A stretch of 64,000 bases of DNA from an uncultured Phycisphaerales bacterium (GCA_963718665.1 OY970359.1:256001-320000); one strand, 5' to 3'; shown: positions 10,501-21,757, counted from the first letter of the stretch. Notes: generated by a model from the sequence alone, not told the origin. Translations and numbers: made by a program.

Positions 10501-11166
10501 TTAGCGTTTCCTGCGAATCAAAGCAAGACCACCAAGTCCGAGCAGAGCCATTGTCGCCGGTTCTGGAACGCCTGTTAACCTGGCATTATCGAAATACATA
10601 TCCGGTGGAGCTCCGCCGCCCGTATTGAGAGTAATAATTATCTGACACCAGCTGCTTTCCGTCATTGCATTGCGGAAACTGGTGTAATCTACGTTCAGTG
10701 TCTGTGTCCGCTGGCCTGACCCTGCCCACCAATAAAAATTAATGGGATTTCCGCTTGCTACAGTTGTGTAGCCGGGACCTCCGGCGTTCATTGCAACCGA
10801 ATAAATCTGCGAATAACCGCCTGTTATTGTTGGACCGGCGGCTGCAACCGTCATATCGATAGAGAATGTATTGTGGCTCATAAAATCAGCCGTTTGGGTT
10901 GAGTTCAAGCTTATAGCAAGACTCTGAGCCCAACCTGATTGAGTCACATCCAAGCTGTCGCTGCCGAGTGTAGCGCCTATTGTGCTCTGAGAATAGGTAA
11001 CGCCATTACTCAAAGTGATGGGAAGTGGGTTAGCGGCTACCACGTTGTTGCTTATCCAGCCACCCCACCCATCGCCGCTGGTATTTTCCCAGTTGCCGAT
11101 AATACCGGCGTACGTTGTGGACACCATAAGCAAAGAAATACAAATAGTAATTAATATTTTACTCAT
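10501..11166 (-). CDS. PEP-CTERM sorting domain protein
   Basis: Signal peptide; ends VPEPATMALLGLGGLALIRRKR; RBS GGAGGAG. Confidence 0.92.
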   Translation of the reverse strand: MSKILITICISLLMVSTTYAGIIGNWENTSGDGWGGWISNNVVAANPLPITLSNGVTYSQSTIGATLGSDSLDVTQSGWAQSLAISLNSTQTADFMSHNTFSIDMTVAAAGPTITGGYSQIYSVAMNAGGPGYTTVASGNPINFYWWAGSGQRTQTLNVDYTSFRNAMTESSWCQIIITLNTGGGAPPDMYFDNARLTGVPEPATMALLGLGGLALIRRKR

Positions 11167-11443
11167 ACTCTACTCCTCCTTCAAAAAATGTTAATATTCA
11201 AACTACCCTTCTCGTTAATACTTTTTTCGACGTTTAACTATTGCCTAAATTGATTTTCAACCACTTGTGAGATATTGAATCCGTGCGATATGCGTACAAA
11301 CTCTGACCGCATCTGGCGCATATTTCTGGAATATCATCTGAATTGATCTATTCTCTCGTAAACTCACCTTCGTACCCTTCTCCATTACACGGCCTATAAT
11401 ATCCGGCGAATCCGCCGGACTCTCTTGCTATTATAAGGCGTTA

Positions 11444-11489
11444 AGTAATCGTTTACTTGTAAAATACACCTTAAGCAGCGGCAAGTCAA
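11444..11489 (-). promoter_or_regulatory. Sigma70-like promoter plus operator for the PEP-CTERM pair
   Basis: Minus-strand TTGACT-N17-TATTTT, immediately followed by the operator at 11444-11457. Confidence 0.7.
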
Positions 11490-11654
11490 GAGCTTTTTGC
11501 CTTTTTTTTCAAAAAACTTTGTTTTTTAGGAAAATCACACCCATGACCCGCAAAATTAAGGAAAAAACAAGGTTCTGGCAGGTAAAAAAGCGTCCTCCCT
11601 ATTCCTACGCCTTTTTGGGGCTTTCAGAAATCGCTTGTGAAGCCAAATGGTCCT

Positions 11655-14600
11655 TTATGGGTGCTTATGCCAGATTCGAAATTCACCGCTGCAATGAAGC
11701 GTTGCGAGCATATAAAGCATCCCATCGTAGTAACGCCATTGCCCAGTTGGGACAGGCGTATTCCACAACGCCTCGATAAATTGTTTTGCCCGTGGATTGG
11801 CAGCAGCGAGACCAGCGACGGCATTCATTGCCACTAATCCAACAGAGTGGTCTGAGCCGAACTGATTACCATCAAGAGTAAACTGGTTTCCGTGAGTAGA
11901 TATCCCTTTTGACTCAAAAAATGCCTGCAGTCGGTCGCTTAACTGTATTTCGCGTGTATCCCTGCCCCACCATGCCCAGTCCACCGACCAGTTCATCGTG
12001 GTGCGCCACGAGTCAAACTGAAAATTAGCGGAATTGCTGTTCCAGGGACTTGCCCACGGTGTCCCGTTGAAATTAGCATACTCTGGAGCCAGACCCGTGA
12101 TGGGATTGGTCGCTCTCTGGAAAAACTCCCGGCTCGCTGAAGCGGCTTGCGCCAGAAAGCTCTGTCTGCCTGGGGTCCCCATCTCGCCCAAAGCTCATAA
12201 AACGCGGGCAAATGATAAGATGGGTCCGTATGCTCGATGTTTGCAATATCCGGAGTGAAGCGAACCATTTTGTGTTCGGCATCGAAAAGCCCGCCGGCTG
12301 TCATTGTGCCTTTTACCGTTGAGCCTGTGATATTCGCGCGGTTTTTCATATTGCTTAAAAGCCGGTCGGCCTCGGCCTTGTAATTATAAATGCCCTGGCC
12401 ATTGCCCCAGCGGTCTGCAGCAAAATAAAGCGACGTAACAAAATATTCTTCGCCGTCAGGCGCGGGCATCTCATCATTCGGCACACCATTGGTCTTAACC
12501 GACCAGGCAAAGAAACCATAAGAGGGGTGATTCGGCAAATCGCGGTACATATACGTCTTTGCCCAGTTCCACAGAGCGTCAAACTCGGCCTTTTTGTCCA
12601 ACTGAACTGCAATCATCATCCCATAGGACATACCTTCGGAACGCACATCGTTACTGCCTATGTCCCAGATATAGGCAAGCGGGCCATTTGCGTTTGTGCC
12701 GGCAGGAAAATAAATCGCCTGTGTGCAGGGGTCGCCGTGAAACAATTGCCGGAAAACAGCGTTGACCTTTTCTGTAACTTCCTTCTGAGAATGGCCTGCT
12801 TCGACAAACAGGTTACGATAATTACCCGTCGCGAAGGCGCCGGAACCATCCGCATTATTGTCGACAGCTTTTGATTTTTCGCTGCCTGAGGTATTACGAT
12901 AGCTTTCGGGCGGGCCAAAATAACTCGGCCTGACATCTCCTGTATTAACCATAATTTTCTCCAACACAACACCGGGGTCAACCATCCACACCTTCAGTGT
13001 ATGATAACCCGTATCAGGCAGCAAGTGATTGCTTTTGACTGTACGAGCATTGTTTCTTACAGATTCCTGCCAGTCCTCGTTTGAGTATGCAACGATATAA
13101 TTCTTCGGCACAATGCTTATGATTTGCGGCGGCTGGTCATCAAACGATACAGCGTAACGCAGGTCCCTGTCGGGGACGAAATTTAACGTTGGAGCAACAA
13201 TCGTCTCGACTTCGATATTGCCGGAATGAAACAGGAACATTTTATATTCGAGACAAGGAGAATCCTTCGGCGGCGTAACGCTCTGTGCGGTAACCGGGAA
13301 AATAGTCATAGCAGAATCGGTCCGCCCATAATCGTCGATTTTCTCCCAGCGAACCGGGCCGGCATCAATCTTCCTTGTGTAATGCTCCGCTTCCATCGAC
13401 ACATAACCATCGGCTTCAACAAAACCCTCTAAAGAATCCTTGTTAGGTTCGGCAGGATTAAATGAATTGATTTTGATGTTTACCTCTTTTGCACCCGGAC
13501 CGGAAATCTTCACAGAGCCGTTAGTGTCGCCTGTTGGCGATTTGCTGTAGTCGATATTCACCCAGAGGCGCGTTTCTTTTTCAACAGTTCCTTTCGTTGC
13601 AGAAAGGACAATCCAGTCAGCGCTTGGTTTGGCCGAGAATTCAAACGGTGTTTGTCCACGATTGAACACATCGATATATCGACGTTGTGCGCCAAATACG
13701 CTAAACCCCGGCAGAACCGGTTCATCCGAAGAACCGGGCCAGGCGGACCTCAAACCTTCAACCACAACGCCCATATTCGCGTTGGCTGGAACGTTGATTT
13801 CCTCGACTTTGGGCATATTATTTTTTGGCGGCGGATTCCAGGATGTATAACCAATATGCGCCGTGTCCATCATATGGTTCCATTTGCCATTGGCCATTTT
13901 ACGATTGTAATACCGGGACAGCTCGGCATCAGCTTCAAACAAAGCCCTGGTCTTCGCGGCGAGGTCGTTGGTGCTTGCGCGTTTTTGCTCAGCGTATAAT
14001 TTGTTTTTGCCCGCAGTGACATAAAGCTCAGTAACCTGGGCGCAGGCCTTTGTCGGGTAGAGAACCAGCTGGAAAAATGCGTCTTTGGCGCTATCGGGCA
14101 GGTCTTGATAGATTTGCTCGGCTTTGGCCGTAATAGCGTTAAAATCGGCAACTACAGTGTCTGCCTCACGATAATTGACGATGCTGAACGTGTTGGGGTC
14201 GATAAGTTCGGGCTTGCGTCTGGCATTATATTTGGTGTACTTAGACACGATATCAGCAATCTGGTCGGCATATTGTGGGCCAAATTCACGCTGGGCCCAC
14301 AGCCGGGTAAATTCCGATATTTTCTCCTTAGGCCATCTTTGCGGGTCCCAGGCGAAGGTCATAAAAAATTCCATGGGAAATTCCATCGGCTTGAGGTCAC
14401 CGACGTTGACTATCCAGATTTTAGTGGCGCCGTAATTATACGCGAGATTCATCTGCTCCCAAACCTTGACGATTTGGGTATTATTGAGCCATTCGTATGA
14501 GCGTGGCCCGCCGTGGAAATCAAAGTGATAATAGATACCCGCCCCGCCGCTTCTCTTGCGTTCCTCCAAGGTCGGCAGACGCCTGATATTGCCCCAGTTG

Positions 14601-15841
14601 TCGTCACACCACAGTATCGTCACATCATCTGGAATGCGCAGCCCCTTTTCATAGTATTCCTGGACTTCCTTATAGGGACACCATAACTGGGGCACTTTGG
14701 TCACATCGGGATTAATCTCTTCCGCTATTATCTTTCGCTGAACATTCACAATTTTTACCAGCAAGGCCATACTCTCGGCCACCGTGCCGTTTGGAATCAT
14801 CGGCGTATCATCAGCCCCGCGCAGCCCAATGGAGATGATGGTTTCATAATTCTTGTTGCGTCTGACGCCTTCCCGCCAGAAGCTTTGGAGAGTATTGGCG
14901 TCGGTATAATAGTTCCATTTTTTGCTGTGCCGCCTGTCCCACTCCTTTTGCGCACGAAGCATCGGCTCCTGATGAGAGTTTCCCATAACTATGCCGTATT
15001 CGTCGGCAAGACGGGGATTATTCGGGTCATCTTCATCGAAAGCATTGTTCCACATCGCCGGCCAGAGATAGTCGGCCTTTAACCGAAGTAAAAGTTCAAA
15101 AACTTTGGTGTAGAATTTACTGTTATAATCGCCGAATTTTTCTTTAACCCAGGGACTGAGTGCCCAGGCCTCGTCATTGAGAAAAATGCCGCGATATTTG
15201 ACCGCGGGCGGCCCCTGAACATATCTTCCCGCCTTTACAAAAAGAGCATCTTTATGCTGCACAGGCACATCCGCCCACCAATACCACGGTGATACACCTA
15301 TCTGCTCCGAAACGTCATATATGCCGTAAATCGTGCCTCTTTTGTCACTGCCCACGATAACAAGGGCACTTTCAACGCCCGGCAACGGCTCCGGCACAAC
15401 CTGAATGATAAACGATTCCCATTTCCCCGCGATTTGATTCACATCGATTTTGCCATCTTTAATCAGCCGGTCGATAATCGGGCTTTTGCCAATCGTGCCG
15501 ATGATTATCGTATTTTTCCCCAAAGCGGCTTCTGTATTTAATACTTTCGCAATTTGCCCCGTGACGCGATTAATGTCCGCCCGCAGGTCATTACCAGCGC
15601 GAATAACGCCGGGGTAATCATTCGAATCGACGTATATGCCTGCGACATCGTTTTTTTGCACAATGCAAAAACCGCCCTTACTGAGATTGGAGTCCATGTA
15701 TTGTTCCTGTCCAATGGCAAAACACGGGGAACTAAACAAAACCGGGCAAATAAAAACAAGCCAAAGCTCCTTCCCCAAAATCCTCGCCCTGCGCATTGCG
15801 CCCCGCATACCCATTTGTTGAACAATATGCCGAGTAATCAT
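11655..15841 (-). CDS. GH115 alpha-glucuronidase fused to a GH8 (Rex-like reducing-end exo-oligoxylanase) domain; apparent 1-nt frameshift at about 12152
   Basis: GH115 motifs KYRGIFLNDE, LWPAMW, SHQEPM, DDNWGN, WIVNVGDLKP; GH8 motifs DVRSEGMSYGM, PAPDGEEYF, TDPSYHLPAFY. The GH8 tail (AQAASASREFF...RYYDGMLY) continues in ORF 11655..12191. Confidence 0.85.
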
Positions 15842-16108
15842 AAAATATCCCTTAACAATCTTTTTAAGTTGGTCATTTGGCTCGTTATATTTAATAACGC
15901 ATTGTGTGCGTTTTTGAAAGCAGCTTTTTTGATGCCAAACTATGTTAAGAGATATATCTCTTTATGCCGGTACCCAACCACAAGCACCAAGGAAGAACGA
16001 AGAGGGCGGGATTCGCTTCGCGGCTCGCTTTCGGCGTGTCAAACCCGCGTAAGCGGTGCTTCGCACCGCGAGGGTTCTCATCCCGCCTGACCAAATGAGA
16101 TAACTTCA

Positions 16109-16196
<88 letters not shown>

Positions 16197-16204
16197 ACAA
16201 TGAT

Positions 16205-16725
16205 TTATGATTTCTGACTTTCGATTTCTGATTTTGGCCCTTCGGGCCTGCGCTTCTTAAAGAACTCTGTCAGCAACGCGCCGCACTCGTCGGTCAATAT
16301 GCCGTTTGTAACCTCGACACGGTGATTCAGGCGTTTATCCTGAACGATATTATACAAGCTTTTCACCGCGCCCGTCTTCGGGTCGTCGCAACCATATACT
16401 AATCGGTCGATACGGGCCAACACCAAAGCCCCGGCGCACATACAGCACGGCTCCAAGGTAACATAAATCGTGCAATCATTCAAATGCCAGTTTTCGAGAG
16501 CCGCTGCCGCCTGGGTAAGCGCGATTATTTCCGCGTGGGCAGTCGGGTCCTGCAATTGTTCCCGCTGGTTGTATGCCTTTGCGATTATGGTATTGTTATG
16601 AATAATCACCGCCCCAATAGGCACATCGCCATTCTCCTCGGCGATTTGCACTGCGCTATAGCAATACGCATATATTGCTCGTCAATAGCCGGCTGTATGG
16701 TGGGATTAGAAGCTGATTCAATCAT
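16205..16725 (-). CDS. tadA: tRNA adenosine(34) deaminase; apparent frameshift near 16651
   Basis: HAE and TLEPCCMC motifs; the conserved N-terminal helix DEQYMRIAI is in another frame starting at ATG 16725. Confidence 0.9.
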
Positions 16726-16825
16726 AAATCAAAAGTTGAACAGTAGAACAGTTGACCGCCCCCGCTGCTGCCTTGTGACAGCAAGACGCGGGGGCTCCAT
16801 TTTTCCCGACCATAGTCGGGAAAAA

Positions 16826-16898
16826 TACCCCCAAGGGGAGTCGAACCCCTGTCTCCAGGATGAGAACCTGATATCCTAGGCCACTGGACGATGGGGGC
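16826..16898 (-). tRNA. tRNA-Glu(CTC)
   Basis: GCCCCCATCGTCCAGTGG...TTCTCAT anticodon loop...GGTTCGACTCCCCTTGGGGGTA; upstream TTGACC-N16-TATACT promoter. Confidence 0.96.
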
Positions 16899-17011
16899 AA
16901 TACGGATTTACGATTGCCGATTGCCGATTTATGATTTTCGCCCGCCTTCATTATCATTTCGGCGGGTAAAATTTAGGATTTTAGTATAGCGGAAATCGAC
17001 CGGCGGTCAAT

Positions 17012-17044
17012 AAAAAAACAGTCGGCAGGAATGCTGCCGACTGT
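17012..17044 (-). terminator. Intrinsic terminator
   Basis: ACAGTCGGCA...TGCCGACTGT followed by a T run on the minus strand. Confidence 0.75.
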
Positions 17045-17073
17045 CATAAACCTTAGTGCGACTGAATCAAGCG

Positions 17074-17379
17074 TCAATTTACCGAGCCGACAAGATGCTC
17101 CTTGCTGATAAATTGCGGCCCGCTCGTATTCTGTGTCCGGTTTTGCTCATCGAGCTTCTTTTCAAGCTCCTTGATTCGTTTGGACAATTCTACACGCTGC
17201 CTCGTTCCGCTTGCGGAACTGAAAAGTGCAATACCGACGCAAGTAATGAAAAGCAGAGATGCCCAGTCGTGTGCGGGACTCCAGCCCGGCTGCGGGTAAA
17301 CAATAAACGGCAGCGCGGCTACCAGAAAACCAATGCCTATCAGGTATTCCACAACCCATATTGGATTATTCTTATTCAT
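17074..17379 (-). CDS. Small hypothetical membrane protein (2 TM plus coiled coil)
   Basis: RBS AAGGAG, two hydrophobic segments, downstream terminator. Confidence 0.7.
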   Translation of the reverse strand: MNKNNPIWVVEYLIGIGFLVAALPFIVYPQPGWSPAHDWASLLFITCVGIALFSSASGTRQRVELSKRIKELEKKLDEQNRTQNTSGPQFISKEHLVGSVN

Positions 17380-17583
17380 ATTCCGACTCCTTACCTTATA
17401 ACATTGTATTAAGTTCTCATATTGGGCATGTAAAGAACGCCTGTCTCTATCTTGATTCGGCGTTCTATAGGGCTTACGTTAAAAGGGCTTCGCTTTTAGC
17501 ACTATAAAAACTGGCTTATAAACATAGCGATAACACTTATCGGACGTAGATATCGTTCAAGGAATGAACCCTGTGAAAGGCAA

Positions 17584-17657
17584 TAGCGGCGGTCGGATTC
17601 GAACCGACGACCCTGGGCTTATGAATCCCATGCTCTAACCAACTGAGCTACACCGCC
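17584..17657 (-). tRNA. tRNA-Met(CAT), probably elongator type
   Basis: GGCGGTGTAGCTCAGTTGG...TTCATAA...GGTTCGAATCC; paired 1:72 position (Ile2 not excluded). Confidence 0.92.
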
Positions 17658-17805
17658 AATAGCAATAAATCTACAGAAAATTTCCGTCTCTTGCAAGTAA
17701 TTCTTTAGCCAACTACGCCTAACAAGCATAAAAGGTTTTGCTTTGACGCGGGCGGCAATTCCCGCTATCCTTTTCGCGACAGAAAATATGATAAGGAGCT
17801 TGAAA

Positions 17806-18801
17806 GTGAAATACAAAGCAGTTGACAAAAGATACGAAAAAATGAAATACAATCGCTGCGGGCAAAGCGGCTTATTACTGCCCGCGGTTTCACTGGGTCT
17901 GTGGCATAACTTCGGCAACGTTGATGATTTTGAGACCGGCCGGGCAATCGTCCGCCGGGCATTCGATCTTGGCATAATCCACTTCGACCTCGCCAACAAC
18001 TATGGCCCTCCGCCCGGCTCAGCCGAGAAAAATTTCGGCAAAATCCTCAAACAGGATTTGAAGGCATACCGCGACGAGCTGATTATCTCAACCAAGGCCG
18101 GCTACCTGATGTGGCCCGGTCCTTACGGCGAATGGGGCACAAGAAAATACCTCCTCGCCAGCTTGGACCAGTCACTCAAACGCCTCGGCCTCGATTACGT
18201 TGACATCTTCTATTCGCACAGGTTCGACCCAAATACGCCTCTCGATGAAACATTGTCCGCGCTCGATACCGCCGTCAAACAGGGTAAGGCCATTTACGCC
18301 GGCATATCGAATTACAAGCCCCAGCAAACCGAACAAGCCGCAAAAATCCTGCGCCAGTTCGGCACGCCCTGCCTGATTCATCAGCCGAGATATTCGATGT
18401 TCGACCGCTGGGTTGAAGACGGCCTGCTCGATGTATTGGAAAAAGAGGGTATCGGCTGTATATGCTTCTCGCCTCTGGCACAGGGATTATTGACCGACAA
18501 GTATCTCAAGGGAATCCCCAAAGACAGCCGAGCGGCAAAACCTCACGGCTTCCTCAAACGCGAGCAGATTACCGAAGCCGTCGTCAAAAAAATCAGCGCC
18601 CTCAACGACTTGGCAAAACAACGCGGACAGTCGCTCGCACAGATGGCCCTTGCCTGGGTATTGCGGGATAAGCGGGTAACCACGGTACTGGTCGGCGCAA
18701 GCAAGGTTAAACAGCTCGAACAAAACGTTGCTGTTCTCGATAATCTCCAGTTCATCGATGAAGAGCTAAACCGTATCGAAACTATCCTGAAGGTTTCTTG
18801 A
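17806..18801 (+). CDS. Aldo/keto reductase (YghZ/MgrA-like L-glyceraldehyde-3-phosphate reductase)
   Basis: SLGLWHNFG, FDLANNYGPPPGSAE, STKAGY, YVDIFYSHR; GTG start with RBS AAGGAG. Confidence 0.9.
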   Translation: MKYKAVDKRYEKMKYNRCGQSGLLLPAVSLGLWHNFGNVDDFETGRAIVRRAFDLGIIHFDLANNYGPPPGSAEKNFGKILKQDLKAYRDELIISTKAGYLMWPGPYGEWGTRKYLLASLDQSLKRLGLDYVDIFYSHRFDPNTPLDETLSALDTAVKQGKAIYAGISNYKPQQTEQAAKILRQFGTPCLIHQPRYSMFDRWVEDGLLDVLEKEGIGCICFSPLAQGLLTDKYLKGIPKDSRAAKPHGFLKREQITEAVVKKISALNDLAKQRGQSLAQMALAWVLRDKRVTTVLVGASKVKQLEQNVAVLDNLQFIDEELNRIETILKVS

Positions 18802-19033
18802 GCAGATTAGACCGAAGGGTAGTCACCCAGCTTTACTATTACTATCTGCCTTCTATTTACCCATACCCCCTATTTATCCCACATCTCTTAAAATGCGGGT
18901 TTAAGACAATAATTTTGCCTCACCGAGCGTTTTTATCCCTGTGATTTGTTAGTGCCGCTTTACAAATATACAAGGAAGTGGTCTAATAACCTTTCAGTCG
19001 ATGGGGGACTTAATATGTTTTTGAGAAAGGTAT

Positions 19034-20917
19034 ATGCCTGAAAGCAACGGTAATAGTAATGGCAATGACAAGGCGCCGATAGCGACCAGCAAGTCGTTTC
19101 TGACTGCCGGGCCGACGCTGCACTACAGGCATACTAATGTGCTCGGCTTTTGGCTGTTGACGATAACCTTTTTTGCCGTAACCTGCCTGTTCTGGTCAAA
19201 AATACTAACCGGCTCACCCTGGGCATTCAACCCCGACTCGGCAACGACGCCTGCGTCCTGGCAGATAGGCCGATTCCTTCTGACAGGCGTAAGCATCTTT
19301 GAATACCCCTGGCAAACACTCGTCCTTGCCCTGCTGATGGCGGTAATGACAATCGCACCTATCCTCACAGCCCAGCTTCTCAGTTTCAGTTACAGCTTGC
19401 CCTTGATTCTGGCCGTGTTTTTCCTCGCTGATTTGCCCGCTTTCGCAGTCAGCTTGCTGATAAGCTGTATTGCGGTTGCCTGTCGGCCTCTGCGGTTTCG
19501 TTCACGCATCACCTCGATAGCATTATGTATGCTGCCGCAACTCATATACTGGGGCATTTTCGGCGGTGCCAGAAACGTCGAGCCGATTAAATGGGGATTT
19601 TCCTTCACTCCCTGGATTGGCGCCTGGCTGATTGGGCTTGGCGTGGCGGGCGCGGTGCTCGGCATCGGGCATTTCAATAGGTACAGGCCGGGGCTGATTT
19701 GGTCAGCCACCACAATTCTGCTTGTTCTCGCGGCAGTAACCTTCAGCCTCAGGATAGGGTTTGATGAGCTGGATTATCAGCTTTACATCGCCCGCAATAA
19801 CCCGGAGCAGGTGGCAGAATTTCACGACCACAGCATTACCAAGGCAATCGACCGGGCCATAAAAAATCCCGCTGTCGCAAAATACTTAGGCGGCTTTTTC
19901 TACCCAACTGAGCCGATAGCATTGCGAAAAGAATTAAAATCCGAAATCCAGGCGCAGCTCGTTCACGACCGATGGCCAACGTGGTTTGTCGTCCCGCCTG
20001 AATTGAGATACCAGGAAAAAAGAGAATGGCTGCTTGAGCAATACGACTTGTTTATTAACCGCCGACCCAAAAGCAAACGCATGCCCATCGCCCTGTATTA
20101 CAAAGCCCTGTTGACCGAATACAGTCCCGATTACCGTATGCTGGACGAGAAAGAAACACTTCATTTCTACAGCGATTACCCATTCGATCGTTCACGTGCC
20201 GTGTGGTTCCAGTTATACGCCGGCTTTGCCAATAGTCCCGAATCGCTCGAAGCACGCTGGCGAATCGCGATGCAATGGGCGGGCCAGGCAAGGTTCGATG
20301 AGGCGCAAGCTATTATTGCCGAGGCCTCAAAACTGCTCGAAACACGCCTGAAGCTTCTTGCTGGCGACCAGCCCGCCGAAGATTCCATCTTCAGCTTGTT
20401 CCGCCCGCCTCTCGATTCAGCGATGACCGTATCAAAACTAATGGAATTGCAACGAAAACTCAGCCAGTTGCGCACCCTTATCGGCCCGGATAACTACACC
20501 TCCAAACCGGATTCCGTAAAACGGCTGGCAAAATTTGTTACGCTAAACCAAAACAGTCCGGATTATGCAGGTCAGCTCGACGAGCTGCTCTCGGAAATGG
20601 GTAAAAACGACCCCTTGCGGGACAACGTCCTGCTCGCACAGATTAAACTCATACCCGATGAACAGCTCCTCGCCGAAAAACTCGCCGAAATGCACACGCA
20701 ACATTACCGCACCGACGGCGGCATGCAGGCGCTCTACGAGCTTTCCCTGCTCAAAATCCACTTCTGGCAGCAGCAGGACGCCGCAAACGCCGAACAAAAA
20801 AATAAATGTCTGTCGGACGCCAGGGCGACACTGACGGAATTTCTGCGTATGTACCCCAATAGTTTTCCCGCAGAGCAGGTGAAGAAAAATCTCGCCAGTT
20901 TGCCCGCGGGCGACTAA
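19034..20917 (+). CDS. Hypothetical membrane protein (multi-TM N-terminus, helical/TPR-like C-terminus)
   Basis: 627-aa ORF with about 7 hydrophobic segments followed by a helical soluble domain. Confidence 0.75.
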   Translation: MPESNGNSNGNDKAPIATSKSFLTAGPTLHYRHTNVLGFWLLTITFFAVTCLFWSKILTGSPWAFNPDSATTPASWQIGRFLLTGVSIFEYPWQTLVLALLMAVMTIAPILTAQLLSFSYSLPLILAVFFLADLPAFAVSLLISCIAVACRPLRFRSRITSIALCMLPQLIYWGIFGGARNVEPIKWGFSFTPWIGAWLIGLGVAGAVLGIGHFNRYRPGLIWSATTILLVLAAVTFSLRIGFDELDYQLYIARNNPEQVAEFHDHSITKAIDRAIKNPAVAKYLGGFFYPTEPIALRKELKSEIQAQLVHDRWPTWFVVPPELRYQEKREWLLEQYDLFINRRPKSKRMPIALYYKALLTEYSPDYRMLDEKETLHFYSDYPFDRSRAVWFQLYAGFANSPESLEARWRIAMQWAGQARFDEAQAIIAEASKLLETRLKLLAGDQPAEDSIFSLFRPPLDSAMTVSKLMELQRKLSQLRTLIGPDNYTSKPDSVKRLAKFVTLNQNSPDYAGQLDELLSEMGKNDPLRDNVLLAQIKLIPDEQLLAEKLAEMHTQHYRTDGGMQALYELSLLKIHFWQQQDAANAEQKNKCLSDARATLTEFLRMYPNSFPAEQVKKNLASLPAGD

Positions 20918-21019
20918 TCCCAGCCCCCCTGCTAACCCCAAATTATCCGCATATAACAGGTGTTGACAATCGCGTGTGTTTGCTTATGCTTTTGGTTGAT
21001 TTTATGGAGAGTTGACATT

Positions 21020-21757
21020 ATGCCTAATGTTGCGGCGATAATTTGTGCGGCCGGCCCCGGAAAACGATTCGGCGGTAAACGACACAAGCAATTCGTCGAT
21101 ATCGGCGGTCGGGCCGCGTTCCTGCGAAGCGTCGAACTGTTCTCGAACCGCGAAGACGTCAAACAAATCCTCCTGGCTATCCCGCAGGAAGATGAAGAAA
21201 TTGTGGAAATCCGCTATGGTGCGAATCTCTCGCTTTTCAACGTCAAAGTCATCATCGGCGGCGTAACCCGTTTTGAAACCGTCAACAAGGCGCTCCAGTT
21301 ATTAAAAGACGATATCGAGCTTGTCGCGATTCACGACGCCGTAAGATGCTGCGTAACCGCCAAATGGGTTGAAGATGTAATCAAAACCGCCGCCAAAACC
21401 GGCGCCGCGATTCTCGCCTGCCCCGTTATAGCCACCCTCAAGGAAGTCAAAGACGGTATCGTTGTAAAAAACGTTGACCGAAAAGGTCTTTACGAGGCGC
21501 AGACACCGCAGGTCTTTGAGGTAAAGCTGTTGAAACAATCGCGTGAAAAGGCCCCCAAGACAGACATCGAAAAAATTACTGATGATTCGCAGTTAGTCGA
21601 GGCGCTTGGCCGCAAGGTCTCGATTGTTGAGACCGATTCCTCAAACATCAAGATTACATACCCTGCAGATGTCGCGATTGCCGAGGCCATTCTCAAGACC
21701 CGTCCCGACCCGAAAAAAGAGGGCTACATCGGCCCATTCTATGAAGCGCAATGGTAA
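21020..21757 (+). CDS. ispD: 2-C-methyl-D-erythritol 4-phosphate cytidylyltransferase
   Basis: AAGPGKRFGG..KQF, IHDAVR, AQTPQVF, TDD, NIKIT. Confidence 0.92.
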   Translation: MPNVAAIICAAGPGKRFGGKRHKQFVDIGGRAAFLRSVELFSNREDVKQILLAIPQEDEEIVEIRYGANLSLFNVKVIIGGVTRFETVNKALQLLKDDIELVAIHDAVRCCVTAKWVEDVIKTAAKTGAAILACPVIATLKEVKDGIVVKNVDRKGLYEAQTPQVFEVKLLKQSREKAPKTDIEKITDDSQLVEALGRKVSIVETDSSNIKITYPADVAIAEAILKTRPDPKKEGYIGPFYEAQW

